From: Deltaproteobacteria bacterium
GTDB taxonomy: Bacteria; Desulfobacterota; Binatia; DP-6
DNA: 64,000 bases
Assembly: GCA_005888095.1 (NCBI GenBank)
Contig: VBKF01000103.1
Span: 35,845 to 99,844, forward strand
Direction: 5' to 3'
Below the pieces are notes generated by a model. It was not told the DNA's origin, did not search any database, and saw nothing but the letters and a program-made list of their open reading frames with translations. Position numbers and translations under genes: made by a program. Position 1 is the stretch's first letter. Every line of letters begins with the position of its first letter. This document shows, in pieces, positions 41,631-51,811 of this stretch.

Positions 41631-42892
41631 GGGGCGCCCGCCTCGCGCCGGATGTCGGCCCCGAGAGCTCGGAGCTTCTCCTCGACGCGCTCGTAGCCCC
41701 GGTCGAGGTGGTAGACGCGCGCGACCCGCGTCGTCCCGCGCGCCGCGAGCCCGGCGAGCACCAGGCAGACGCTCGCCCGCAGGTCCGTCGCCATGACCGG
41801 GGCTCCCGACAGCGCGGACGGGCCGCGCACGATCGCCCGGTTGCCGTCGGCGCGGATGTCGGCGCCCATGCGGACGAGCTCCTGGGCGTGGAGGAAGCGG
41901 TTCTCGAAGATGGTCTCGGTGATCGTGCTCGCGCCCGTCGCCCGCGTCATGAGGGCCATGAACTGCGCCTGGAGATCGGTCGGGAAGCCCGGGTGAGGCA
42001 TCGTCTTCACGTCGGCCGCCCCGAGCGTGCCGCTCGCCGCGACGCGGATGCCGCCCGCGCCGTCGCGCACCGCGACCCCGGCCTCGCGCAGCTTGGCGGT
42101 GAACGCGTCGAGGTGGTCGCCGCAGGCGCCGGCGACCACGACGGAGCCGCCCGTGATCGCCGCCGCCACCATGTACGTGCCCGCCTCGATGCGGTCCGGG
42201 ATGACGGTGACGTCGGCGCCGTCGAGCTCGGGACGGCCTTCGATGGTCACCTCGGGCGTGCCGGCGCCGCGCACCCGCGCCCCCATGCGCTCGAGGGCGG
42301 TGGCCAGGCAGACGTTCTCCGGCTCGCGGGCCGCGTTCTCGATGACGGTCGTGCCCTCCGCGAGCGACGCCGCCATCATGAGCTGCTGCGTCGCGCCCAC
42401 CGACGGCATGTCGAGGACGATCTTCGCCCCGCGGAGCCGGTCGGCCTCGGCCTCGACGTAGCCCTCGGCGATGCGAATGCGGGCTCCCATCTTCTGCAGC
42501 CCCGTCAAGTGGAGGTCGACCGGCCGCGCGCCGATCGCGCAGCCGCCTGGCGTCGAGACGCGCGCCCGGCCGAAGCGGGCGAGGAGCGGGCCGAGCACCA
42601 GGAAGGAGGCCCGCATGGTCTTCACCAGCTCGTAGGGGGCCTCGCTGCGGGCGACGTCGCCTGCCTCGACGGTGATCTCGTGCCCGTCCGGCCCGGGCGC
42701 GACCCGCGCGCCGAGATGGCGGAGCACGGCCACCGCGGTCCGGATGTCGCGCAGCACGGGCACGTTCCGGATGAGGCAGCGGCGGGGGGTGAGCAGGGTG
42801 GAGAAGAGGAGCGGCAGCGCCGCGTTCTTCGAGCCGCTCACGGTGACCTCGCCGTCGAGGACGGCGCCGCCCCGGATCACGATCGTGTCCAC
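41627..42892 (-). CDS. murA: UDP-N-acetylglucosamine 1-carboxyvinyltransferase
   Basis: [16 protein letters not shown] at the N-terminus and an EPSP-synthase fold. GTG start with GAGGAGG 9 nt upstream; the upstream part of the long ORF is Arg-rich non-coding read-through. Confidence 0.9.
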   Translation of the reverse strand: MDTIVIRGGAVLDGEVTVSGSKNAALPLLFSTLLTPRRCLIRNVPVLRDIRTAVAVLRHLGARVAPGPDGHEITVEAGDVARSEAPYELVKTMRASFLVLGPLLARFGRARVSTPGGCAIGARPVDLHLTGLQKMGARIRIAEGYVEAEADRLRGAKIVLDMPSVGATQQLMMAASLAEGTTVIENAAREPENVCLATALERMGARVRGAGTPEVTIEGRPELDGADVTVIPDRIEAGTYMVAAAITGGSVVVAGACGDHLDAFTAKLREAGVAVRDGAGGIRVAASGTLGAADVKTMPHPGFPTDLQAQFMALMTRATGASTITETIFENRFLHAQELVRMGADIRADGNRAIVRGPSALSGAPVMATDLRASVCLVLAGLAARGTTRVARVYHLDRGYERVEEKLRALGADIRREAGAP

Positions 42893-43733
42893 GCGTCCGG
42901 CCTCCTCTCGACCGCCACCACGCGCTCGATGCCGGCGTGATCGCGCACCAGCCGCGCGCCGAGCCAGCACCCGTCGGTCGCGACGAGCTTGCCCACCGCG
43001 GCGGCCTGTCCAGCTCCGATCTCCATCACCAGCCACCCCCCCGCCGCGAGCGCCCGAGGCGCGTCGGCGACGAGCCGCCGGATACACACCAGGCCGTCGG
43101 GCCCCCCGTCGAGCGCCGCGCGCGGCTCGTGGTCCCGCACCTCGGGGGCGAGTGCGGCGAGCTCCGCATCCGAGACGTAGGGCGGGTTCGACACGATCAG
43201 GTCGAAGGCCCCCGCCCGCCAGGGGGCGATGAGGTCGGCGGCGACGCAGCCCACGCCGGGGGCGTGCCGGCCGAGGTTCGCGCGCGCGACGGCGAGGGCA
43301 TCCCGCTCGCGGTCGCTCGCCCACACGCGGGCCGCGGGGAGCGCGCGCGCGAGCGCCGCCGCGACCGCACCGCTTCCCGTGCCGAGGTCGAGCACGCGCC
43401 GCGCCGCGGGCACCACGGCGAGCGCCGTCTCGACGAGGAGCTCCGTCTCCGGCCTCGGGATCAGCACCCGGGCGTCGACGGCGAAGGGCAGCGACCAGAA
43501 CTCCCGCTCGCCGACCAGGTGGTGGAGCGGCACGCGCGCCGCCCGGCGGGCGACCAGCCGCTCGAAGCGAGCCGCGACCTCCTGGAGCAGCGGCTCGCGG
43601 GCCCGGGCAATCACGTCCGTACGGCTCGTCCCGAGCGCGTGCGCGAGGAGCACCTCCGCGTCGGGCCGCGGCTCGGGCACCCCGGCCGTCCCGAGCTGCT
43701 CGATGGCGGCCGCGAGCGCCGCTCCGGCGCTCG

Positions 43734-43737
<4 letters not shown>
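42877..43737 (-). CDS. prmC: peptide chain release factor N5-glutamine methyltransferase
   Basis: SAM-binding LDLGTGSG and catalytic NPPY. Confidence 0.85.
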
Positions 43738-44798
<1,061 letters not shown>

Positions 44799-44840
44799 CG
44801 CGCTCAGGTCCCGGCGCCTGCCCGGCCGGAGGGCACGGGA

Positions 44841-45065
44841 CTACGCGGGCTGCGAGCCGGGAGTGCCCTTGATGCCGTACTTGCGCTGGAAGCGCTCGAC
44901 CCGGCCGGCGGTATCGACGAGCTTCTGCTTGCCCGTGAAGAACGGATGGCACGCCGAGCAGATCTCGACGTGGATCTGGGGCACGGTGGAACGGGTCTCG
45001 ATGACATTGCCGCAGGCACAGACGATCTTGGCCTTGTCGTACCGCGGATGAATGCCTTCCTTCAT
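44841..45065 (-). CDS. rpmE: 50S ribosomal protein L31
   Basis: MKEGIHPRY...CxCG...[10 protein letters not shown] zinc ribbon of L31 (type A). Confidence 0.85.
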   Translation of the reverse strand: MKEGIHPRYDKAKIVCACGNVIETRSTVPQIHVEICSACHPFFTGKQKLVDTAGRVERFQRKYGIKGTPGSQPA

Positions 45066-45137
45066 GGGGAGGCCAGCACCATAGCAGCGGGGTCCGATGC
45101 GCGCAACGCGCGGCCGTCGCACGCCCGTGGGGGCAAC

Positions 45138-45977
45138 TCACCCCTCCCCGATCCAGCGGTCGAACCAGGCGTCGAGCATCTCGACCACCGCCGCCCGCTC
45201 GGCCGGCGGCTCGTTCAGCAGCTCGTGGTAGTAGCCGCGCAGCATGACCAGCTCGTGCACGCAGGTGAGATGAGCGGCGACCTCGGCGGCCGCCGTGGGG
45301 TCGACGATCCGGTCGGCGTCGCCCTGGAGGATCAGGAGCGGCGGGCTGAGCCGCGCCGCCTCCGCGCGCACGACCGCCTGCGCGGCGAGCACGGCGCGGT
45401 AGAAGCCGGCGCTCGCCCGCCGGTGCACGAGGGGATCGGCGACGTACGCCGCGCCCACCGCCGGGTCGCGCGACAGGAGCCGTTCGTCGAGGTTCGAGCG
45501 CAACCCGACGCCGGGCGCCACCCGCCCGAGCGACAGGGCGATCATCTGCAACGAGCGCGGCGCGGCGTCCGGCACGCGGAAGGCGGGCGCTGAAAGCGCC
45601 CCGGCGCGCATCGTTTCCGGGTGGCGTAACAGATACAGGAACGCGATGAGGCCGCCCATGCTGTGGCCGAAGAGGAGGCGCGGCACGCCCGGCCACCAGC
45701 CCTCTGCGAGGTCCGCGAGCGTGCGGAGATCGGCCACGAACTCGGCGAACGTCCGGCAGTGCCCGCGGGGCCCGCCCGACCGTCCGTGCCCACGATGATC
45801 GACCGCTGCCGCCGCGAACCCGCGTCCGGTGAGATGTGCGACGAACTCGCGGTAGCGCCCGAGGTGCTCCGCGTACCCGTGCGCGATCAGGACGACGCCG
45901 CGCGGGGGGCGGGGCGCGGGAGCGGACCGCTGATAATAGATCTGGACCCCGCCGGCACCGGCGAAGGTCCCGTCCAT
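45138..45977 (-). CDS. alpha/beta hydrolase (lysophospholipase / monoacylglycerol-lipase-like)
   Basis: 279 aa; HGYAEHLGRY ... GHSMGG nucleophile elbow ... C-terminal His. Start at MDGTFAG, 8 nt after the glpK stop. Confidence 0.75.
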   Translation of the reverse strand: MDGTFAGAGGVQIYYQRSAPAPRPPRGVVLIAHGYAEHLGRYREFVAHLTGRGFAAAAVDHRGHGRSGGPRGHCRTFAEFVADLRTLADLAEGWWPGVPRLLFGHSMGGLIAFLYLLRHPETMRAGALSAPAFRVPDAAPRSLQMIALSLGRVAPGVGLRSNLDERLLSRDPAVGAAYVADPLVHRRASAGFYRAVLAAQAVVRAEAARLSPPLLILQGDADRIVDPTAAAEVAAHLTCVHELVMLRGYYHELLNEPPAERAAVVEMLDAWFDRWIGEG

Positions 45978-45985
45978 CCCGCCGG

Positions 45986-47479
45986 TCACGCGGGCGCCGG
46001 CTGGCTCCGCACGCGCGCCACCGCGTCCCGCCAGCCCTGGTAGAGCGCGTCGCGCGCGTCGGGCGCCATGCGCGGCCGGAAGCGTCGGTCGATCCGCCGG
46101 GCGCGGGAAAGGTCCGCCTGCGAGCGCCAGAAGCCCGTCGCCAGGCCGGCGAGAAAGGCGGCGCCCATGGCCGTCGTCTCGACCACGCGCGGCCGGTCGA
46201 CCGGCACGCCCAGCACGTCGGCCTGGAACTGCATGAGGAAGTCGTTGGCCGCCGCCCCGCCGTCCACCCGGAGCGCCCGCAGCGACTCGCCGGCATCGGC
46301 CGCCATGGCGTCGGCGACGTCGCGCGTCTGGTAGGCGAGCGCCTCGAGCGCCGCGCGCACGACGTGGGCGCGCGTCACGCCGCGCGTGAGGCCGAGGAGC
46401 GCGCCCCGCGCGCCGGCGTCCCAGTGCGGGGCGCCGAGGCCGACGAAGGCCGGGACGAGGTAGACGCCGAGGGTCGAGTCGACGCTCTTCGCGAGCCGCT
46501 CCGACTCCGCGGCGCGCTTCACGAGCCCGAGGCCGTCGCGCAGCCACTGGATGGCCGCGCCGGCGATGAAGACCGAGCCCTCGAGCGCGTAGGCCGGGGC
46601 GCCGGCGGCGTCGCAGGCGACGGTGGTGAGCAGCCCGTGCTCCGAGGCGACCGGCCGGGCACCCGTGTTCAGGAGGAGAAAGCAGCCCGTCCCGTAGGTG
46701 TTCTTCGCCATCCCCGGCTCGACGCAACCCTGGCCGAAGAGCGCCGCCTGCTGGTCGCCCGCGATGCCGGCGATCGGGATCGGCGCGCCGAGGACGTCGG
46801 CCGTCGTGGTGCCGAACTCGCCGCTCGACGGCCGCACGACGGGCAGCACGGCCGTCGGCACGTCGAGGAGCGTGCACATCTCCCCGTCCCACGCACGCGC
46901 GTGGATGTCGTAGAGGAGCGTGCGCGAGGCGTTGGTCGGGTCGGTGGCGTGCACTGCCCCGCCCGAGAGCTTCCACACCAGCCAGGAGTCGATCGTGCCG
47001 AAGCAGAGCTCGCCCTCGGCCGCGCGCTCGGCCGCCCGTGCGACGTTCTCCAGCAGCCAGCGCAGCTTGGTGCCGGAGAAGTAGGGGTCGAGGACGAGGC
47101 CCGTCTTCTGGCGCACGCGGGCCTCGAGGCCGCGCGCTCTCAGCTCCTCGCAGAGCGGCGCCGTGCGGCGGTCCTGCCAGACGATTGCCCGATGCACGGG
47201 GCGGCCCGTGCGGCGGCTCCAGAGGACCGTCGTCTCGCGCTGGTTCGTGATGCCGAGCGCCCGGACGTCGCGGCCGCGCGCGCCCGCCCGCCGGCACGCC
47301 TGGCGCAGCACGCGAAGCGTCACCTGCCAGATCTCCTCCGCATCGTGCTCCACCCACCCGGGCCGCGGATAGTGCTGCGTGAACTCGGAATAGGCGCGGC
47401 CGACCACGCGCCCCAGGCGGTCGAAGACGAGCACGGTCGACCCCGTCGTGCCCTGATCGACCGCGACGACGTAGGGCAT
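45986..47479 (-). CDS. glpK: glycerol kinase
   Basis: [12 protein letters not shown]...[12 protein letters not shown]...[12 protein letters not shown], the FGGY kinase/GlpK signatures. Confidence 0.9.
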   Translation of the reverse strand: MPYVVAVDQGTTGSTVLVFDRLGRVVGRAYSEFTQHYPRPGWVEHDAEEIWQVTLRVLRQACRRAGARGRDVRALGITNQRETTVLWSRRTGRPVHRAIVWQDRRTAPLCEELRARGLEARVRQKTGLVLDPYFSGTKLRWLLENVARAAERAAEGELCFGTIDSWLVWKLSGGAVHATDPTNASRTLLYDIHARAWDGEMCTLLDVPTAVLPVVRPSSGEFGTTTADVLGAPIPIAGIAGDQQAALFGQGCVEPGMAKNTYGTGCFLLLNTGARPVASEHGLLTTVACDAAGAPAYALEGSVFIAGAAIQWLRDGLGLVKRAAESERLAKSVDSTLGVYLVPAFVGLGAPHWDAGARGALLGLTRGVTRAHVVRAALEALAYQTRDVADAMAADAGESLRALRVDGGAAANDFLMQFQADVLGVPVDRPRVVETTAMGAAFLAGLATGFWRSQADLSRARRIDRRFRPRMAPDARDALYQGWRDAVARVRSQPAPA

Positions 47480-47481
47480 CC

Positions 47482-48504
47482 CTAGCCGAGGAAGATCGCG
47501 CGGCGGCGGCGCACACCCTCGCTCACCAGCGCCTGCAGGCGCTCGCGCACCTGGTCGCGGACGCGCAGCACGGTCCGCGGATCGCGCGCCGCTTCGGGCG
47601 GGTGCTGCGCGGCGACGTCGAGGGGCTCGCCCACGTGGAGCGTCCACTTGGTCGGCAGCGGCAGGAGGCCGGCGGGCCCGAGCCAGGGGAAGGTCGGCGT
47701 GATGGGGAGGGTCGGGAGGCCGAGCCAGCGCCCGACGGTGTCCAGGCGCCAGAGCACGGGCTGGCTCTCCTCCGTGCCGACGACCGCCACGGGGATGATC
47801 GCCGCGCCGGTCTCGAGCGCGACGCGCGCGAAGGCGGCGCGCCCAAAGCCCGCGAGACGGTACCAGCGACGCCGGCTCTTGGCGCATGCCTCGCGTCCCT
47901 CGGGCTGGACGATCACGGCCTCGTCGCGCTCGAGCAGGCGCCGCATCACGCCCGGCGTGGCGCGGAGCGCGCCGAGGGCGCTCCCGAGACGCAGCCGGAC
48001 CACCCAGTCGTCGACCAGCGGCCACGCCATGCGGCCGGCCGGATGGTCGATGGCGAGCGCCACCGCGACCATGAGCGCCTCGTAGGGGAGCAGGATCCCG
48101 GCGCGATTGACCACTAGCAGCACCCGGCCGCGTGCCGGTACGCGCTCGAGCCCCACCGTGTCGACCCGCCACCACAGCCGGTAGAACGTGCGCAGCAGCG
48201 TGGCGCCGACCAGGTCGGCGCCGAGGCCGCGGCGCAGGCTCGCATACGCCGCGAGCAGCTCGTCGAGCGCGGCCTCGAGGGCCTGGCGGCCGGCTCGCCC
48301 CGGAGTCGCGTGCCCGGCGAGCGCCGCATCGATCTCGCGCTCGAGCGCGCCGAGCCGGTCGCCCAACAGCCGCCCGGCGGGCGCCGCCGGCGCGTGACGC
48401 ACGCGCCGTTCGCGCACGACACGCAGGTGCCGCATCGCGGACTCGGACAGAGGGCTCGCCGGCTCGCGGCGATCGCGCTCGTCCGGTCGATCGGCGTCGG
48501 ACAC
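47482..48504 (-). CDS. lysophospholipid/glycerolipid acyltransferase (PlsC-like)
   Basis: 340 aa with acyltransferase-type motifs (VNRAG..LPYE region, and EGREA resembling the xEGxR block); weaker than plsC above. Forms an operon with glpK and the lipase-like gene. Confidence 0.65.
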   Translation of the reverse strand: MSDADRPDERDRREPASPLSESAMRHLRVVRERRVRHAPAAPAGRLLGDRLGALEREIDAALAGHATPGRAGRQALEAALDELLAAYASLRRGLGADLVGATLLRTFYRLWWRVDTVGLERVPARGRVLLVVNRAGILLPYEALMVAVALAIDHPAGRMAWPLVDDWVVRLRLGSALGALRATPGVMRRLLERDEAVIVQPEGREACAKSRRRWYRLAGFGRAAFARVALETGAAIIPVAVVGTEESQPVLWRLDTVGRWLGLPTLPITPTFPWLGPAGLLPLPTKWTLHVGEPLDVAAQHPPEAARDPRTVLRVRDQVRERLQALVSEGVRRRRAIFLG

Positions 48505-48533
48505 GTGGGAAAGCTAGGAGACGCCCAGGCGCG

Positions 48534-48562
48534 TGTCAAATTGGACGGCGTGCAAATTGACA
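48534..48562. promoter_or_regulatory. repeat element TGTCAAATTG-N7-TGCAAATTGACA upstream of the ArsA-like ATPase pair; contains a consensus -35 TTGACA followed 18 nt later by TATGAC
   Basis: Read directly from the sequence. This is an AT-rich island in a GC-rich intergenic region between divergent operons (acyltransferase-glpK on the minus strand, the ATPases on the plus strand). Confidence 0.4.
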
Positions 48563-48592
48563 CTTCGCGCGCGCCGCAGCTATGACCGTGAC

Positions 48593-49528
48593 GTGCCGGC
48601 CCGCCTGCCGCTCGCCGCCCAGCGACTGGTGATCGTCACGGGCAAGGGTGGCGTCGGCAAGAGTGCCGTGACCGCCGCTCTCGCGCGCGCCGCCGCCGGT
48701 GCAGGGCGGCGGGTGCTCGCGGTGGAGGTGGCGCGCGGCGGCCTCGGTCCGCTGCTCGGCGGGCGCCCGCTCGGGTCGGCCCCCGTGCTCGTCGCCCCCA
48801 GGCTCCGGGCGACGGCGCTCGAGCCCGAGGAGGCGCTCGGCGACTTCGTGCACGGCATCCTGCGCTTCCGCGTGCTGGCCCGCCGCCTGCTCGAGAGCAC
48901 GTCGTTCCAGGTCCTCGCCGCGGCGGCGCCGGGGCTGCCGGAACTCCTGGTGCTGCACCGGCTGCTCGGCTGGGTGGAGGAGCGCCGGCTCGGCCGGCGC
49001 GCCTACGATCTCGTGCTCGTCGACGCGCCCGCGTCGGGCCACTCGCTGCCGCTCCTCGCCGCGCCACGTACCCTCGGGACGCTCGCGCGCTTCGGCCCGG
49101 TCGCCCAGGTGCTCACGAAGATCCGTGCGCTCCTCACCGATCGCTCCCAAACGCTCGTCTGTCTTGTGACCACCCCCGACGAGCTCGCCGTGCGCGAGAC
49201 GATCGAGCTGCACCGCGAGCTTGCCGGACCGCTCGGACTGCCGGTCGCGCCGCCGATCGTGAACGCGCTCCCGCCGCGCCGCTTCGGTGCCGGCGACGAA
49301 GCAGCGCTCGCACGCCTGGAGGCCGCCGACGGCGAGCACCCCTATCTCGCCGCCGCCCGCTACCAGCTCGAGCGGCGGCGCCGCGCGCTCCGCCAGGTCA
49401 CCGCGCTTCGCCGGGCGCTTCACACCTCCGCCGTGTCGCTGCCCTTCCTGTTCGCCGGGCCGGAGGCGCCAGGAGGTATGGCGCGCCTGGCTGCCGATCT
49501 CGCGGCGGCCGCGGGCCTGGCGGCGTGA
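48593..49528 (+). CDS. ArsA/Get3-family P-loop ATPase (single-domain, first of a tandem pair)
   Basis: Deviant Walker A VTGKGGVGKS near the N-terminus; anion-transporting-ATPase family. Start uncertain: GTG 48593 is chosen because the GTG at 48533 lies inside the promoter-like repeat. Confidence 0.7.
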   Translation: MPARLPLAAQRLVIVTGKGGVGKSAVTAALARAAAGAGRRVLAVEVARGGLGPLLGGRPLGSAPVLVAPRLRATALEPEEALGDFVHGILRFRVLARRLLESTSFQVLAAAAPGLPELLVLHRLLGWVEERRLGRRAYDLVLVDAPASGHSLPLLAAPRTLGTLARFGPVAQVLTKIRALLTDRSQTLVCLVTTPDELAVRETIELHRELAGPLGLPVAPPIVNALPPRRFGAGDEAALARLEAADGEHPYLAAARYQLERRRRALRQVTALRRALHTSAVSLPFLFAGPEAPGGMARLAADLAAAAGLAA

Positions 49529-49535
49529 GCCGACG

Positions 49536-50657
49536 ATGACGCTCGACGGGATGCTCGCGGGGCGGCGCATCGTCTTCTGCGTCGGCAGCGGCGGCGTCGG
49601 CAAGACGACCACCGCGGCGGAGCTCGCCGTCGAGACGGCGCGGCGCGGACGGAAGACCGCCGTGCTGACGGTCGATCCCGCACCGCGCCTGAAGGACGCC
49701 CTCGGCCTCGACGCGCTCGATGCGCGCCCGCGGCGGGTCCCGCTCGGCGCGGGCGTCCATCTCGACGCCGTCCTCCTCGACGTCCGGCGCACCTTCGACG
49801 AGGTCGTCCGCGGGCTGGCGGCGACGCCCGAGCAGGCGAGCGCGGTGCTCGAGAACCGGCTCTACCAGAACCTGTCGGGCACGCTCGCGGGCACCGCCGA
49901 GTACACGGCGGTGGAGACCGTCTTCCGCCTGGCCGACGAGGGGGGCTACGACCTCCTGGTCGTCGACACGCCGCCCGCGCGCCACGTGGTCGACTTCCTC
50001 GACGCGCCGCGCCGGCTGCTCGCGCTCCTCGACTCGCGCGCCTTCGCGATCCTGAAGGACCCGAGCGTCATCCTGCCGGCGGCGGGCTCGCGGCTCGCGC
50101 ATCTCGTGCTGAGCGCGGTGCTGCGCGGCCTCGAGCGCTTCACGGGTCTCCAGCTGGTCCGCGAGGTGGGGGACTTCGTGCGCGCCATCGAGGCGTTGAC
50201 GGACGCGCTGCGCGCACGGGTCTCCGCCGCAGACGCGCTGCTGCGCGCCGAGGGCACGGCGCTCGTCCTCGTGACTGCGCCGGAGCCCCGGCTGGTGGAC
50301 GAGAACGCCCGGCTCGCCCACGCGCTCGCCGGGCTCGGCCTGCCGATCGGCGGCATCATCGTGAACCGCATGCTGCCGCGCGCGCTGTTCGCGCCCGGCG
50401 CGCCACCGCCGCCCGATGGCCTCCCCCCCGCGCTCGTCGCGCGCCTGCGGCGCGCGCACGCCGAGCTCGCCACCCTCGCCGCGCGCCAGGAGGCCGTCCT
50501 CCAGCCGCTCGTCGACGGCGCCGGCGCGCCCGTGCTGGCCGAGGTCCCACTGCTGCCGGGCGACCTCGGCTCGCTCGCCGACCTGGGCGTGATCGCGCGG
50601 CACCTCTTCCCCGCCCCGGCCGCCGCCCCACCCTCGGCCGGCCGGCTTGGCCGCTGA
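49536..50657 (+). CDS. ArsA/Get3-family P-loop ATPase (second of the tandem pair)
   Basis: MTLDGMLAGRRIVFCVGSGGVGKTT Walker A. It lies 7 nt after the first ATPase's stop and is the same family but divergent. Confidence 0.75.
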   Translation: MTLDGMLAGRRIVFCVGSGGVGKTTTAAELAVETARRGRKTAVLTVDPAPRLKDALGLDALDARPRRVPLGAGVHLDAVLLDVRRTFDEVVRGLAATPEQASAVLENRLYQNLSGTLAGTAEYTAVETVFRLADEGGYDLLVVDTPPARHVVDFLDAPRRLLALLDSRAFAILKDPSVILPAAGSRLAHLVLSAVLRGLERFTGLQLVREVGDFVRAIEALTDALRARVSAADALLRAEGTALVLVTAPEPRLVDENARLAHALAGLGLPIGGIIVNRMLPRALFAPGAPPPPDGLPPALVARLRRAHAELATLAARQEAVLQPLVDGAGAPVLAEVPLLPGDLGSLADLGVIARHLFPAPAAAPPSAGRLGR

Positions 50658-50663
50658 TGCCGG

Positions 50664-50999
50664 CTACTCCTGCGCCTCATGCCGCGTCGCGCCGGCGGGC
50701 TTGCGGCTCGTCCGCCGCCGCGGCTTGGTCGCCAGGAGGCGGTCCACCTTGAGGTTCAGGTTGACCAGGCTCCCCTGGATGGCCTCGAGCCTGGTGGCGA
50801 TGCGGGCCAGGTCGGCACGGGAAGGGAGGTTCAGCAGGCCGAGCACGGTCTGGACGTTCCGGTCGACGCGTCCCTTGGCCTCGAGCGCCGCCTGCACGGC
50901 GCGCCCGAACGCCTCCGTGAAGCGCGGACTCGCGAACAGGGTCGCGGCGAGCGTCCCGAGCGCTTCCCCACCGAGGCTGCACAGTCGCCTGACGATCAC
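50664..50999 (-). CDS. phasin-family / PHA-granule-associated protein (TIGR01837-like)
   Basis: About 111 aa; helical with VLGLLNLPSRADLARIATRLEAIQGSL and a basic C-terminal tail, typical of polyhydroxyalkanoate granule regulator/phasin proteins. GTG start after GGAGAGAGG; AT-rich promoter region upstream. Confidence 0.55.
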   Translation of the reverse strand: MIVRRLCSLGGEALGTLAATLFASPRFTEAFGRAVQAALEAKGRVDRNVQTVLGLLNLPSRADLARIATRLEAIQGSLVNLNLKVDRLLATKPRRRTSRKPAGATRHEAQE

Positions 51000-51122
51000 C
51001 CTCTCTCCAGGACGCGTAGCGCCCGTATCCGCTGCACGCGAAGCGGCCGTGTCGGCGGGACGTGAAGCGTTGAAGTATAGAGACGCGTTCTCGAAAATCA
51101 AAGACTGGCGGCGAGGAAGCAT

Positions 51123-51383
51123 ATGACCGCCGCCGTCTTCCTCTCCTACTGGACCGGCCTGCGCTTCGTCGCGCCGGACCTCGACCCCGCCGCGCTCGTC
51201 GGGACGGCGCTTGCGCTGCACGTGTGCGACGCGATCATGTGCCGGCTCTTCGCGCACAACAACGGCTACCCGAAGACCCTGTGGACCGGGCTCGGCCTGG
51301 TCGCGGGGCTCTGGGCGGTCGCCGTCCTGATCCTGCTGCCGCGCCGCGGCGGGGCCCCTCCCCCGCCCGGGCGCCTGCCGTGA
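51123..51383 (+). CDS. small hypothetical membrane protein (86 aa)
   Basis: ATG with GAGGAAG 5 nt upstream; two hydrophobic helices and a non-biased composition. Confidence 0.4.
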   Translation: MTAAVFLSYWTGLRFVAPDLDPAALVGTALALHVCDAIMCRLFAHNNGYPKTLWTGLGLVAGLWAVAVLILLPRRGGAPPPPGRLP

Positions 51384-51396
51384 GAGTCTGTGCCGC

Positions 51397-51804
51397 TCAG
51401 CGGCCGGGGGAGCGCACGCCGCGGTCCTCGGCGATCACCGAGGCGACGGCGCTCGCCTCGCCGTGGCTGAGCGCGACGAGCCAGCGACGGATGCCCCGGC
51501 GGCGGGCGATGGCTGCGGCACGGCCGTGCAGGACGAGCGCCGGCGGGCCGGTCGGCGGCCGTACCACCTCGACGTCGAGCCATCGAACGCCGTCCGTCAA
51601 GCCTGTCCCGAGCGCCTTCATGGCCGCCTCCTTGGCGGCGAAGCGCGCCGCGTAGCTCGCGAAGCGACCCCGTCGCCGCTGCTCGCAGTACGCCTGCTCG
51701 GCCGGCGTGAAGATGCGGGCCTTGAAGCGCTCGCCGGTCGGCCGCTCCAGCGCCCGACGGATGCGCGCGATGTCGCAGACGTCGACACCGACCCCGACGA
51801 CCAC
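51397..51804 (-). CDS. acpS: holo-[acyl-carrier-protein] synthase
   Basis: VVGVGVDVCDIARI...KEAAMKALG, the 4'-phosphopantetheinyl transferase signature. Confidence 0.85.
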   Translation of the reverse strand: MVVGVGVDVCDIARIRRALERPTGERFKARIFTPAEQAYCEQRRRGRFASYAARFAAKEAAMKALGTGLTDGVRWLDVEVVRPPTGPPALVLHGRAAAIARRRGIRRWLVALSHGEASAVASVIAEDRGVRSPGR

Positions 51805-51811
51805 GGCTCCC

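Noticed and set aside
48533-48592. Earlier GTG start (48533) for the first ArsA-like ATPase
   Set aside because: That GTG lies inside the TGTCAAATTG repeat and -35-like TTGACA. It would add 20 residues of non-conserved sequence before the Walker A region; the downstream GTG was preferred, though it is not certain.
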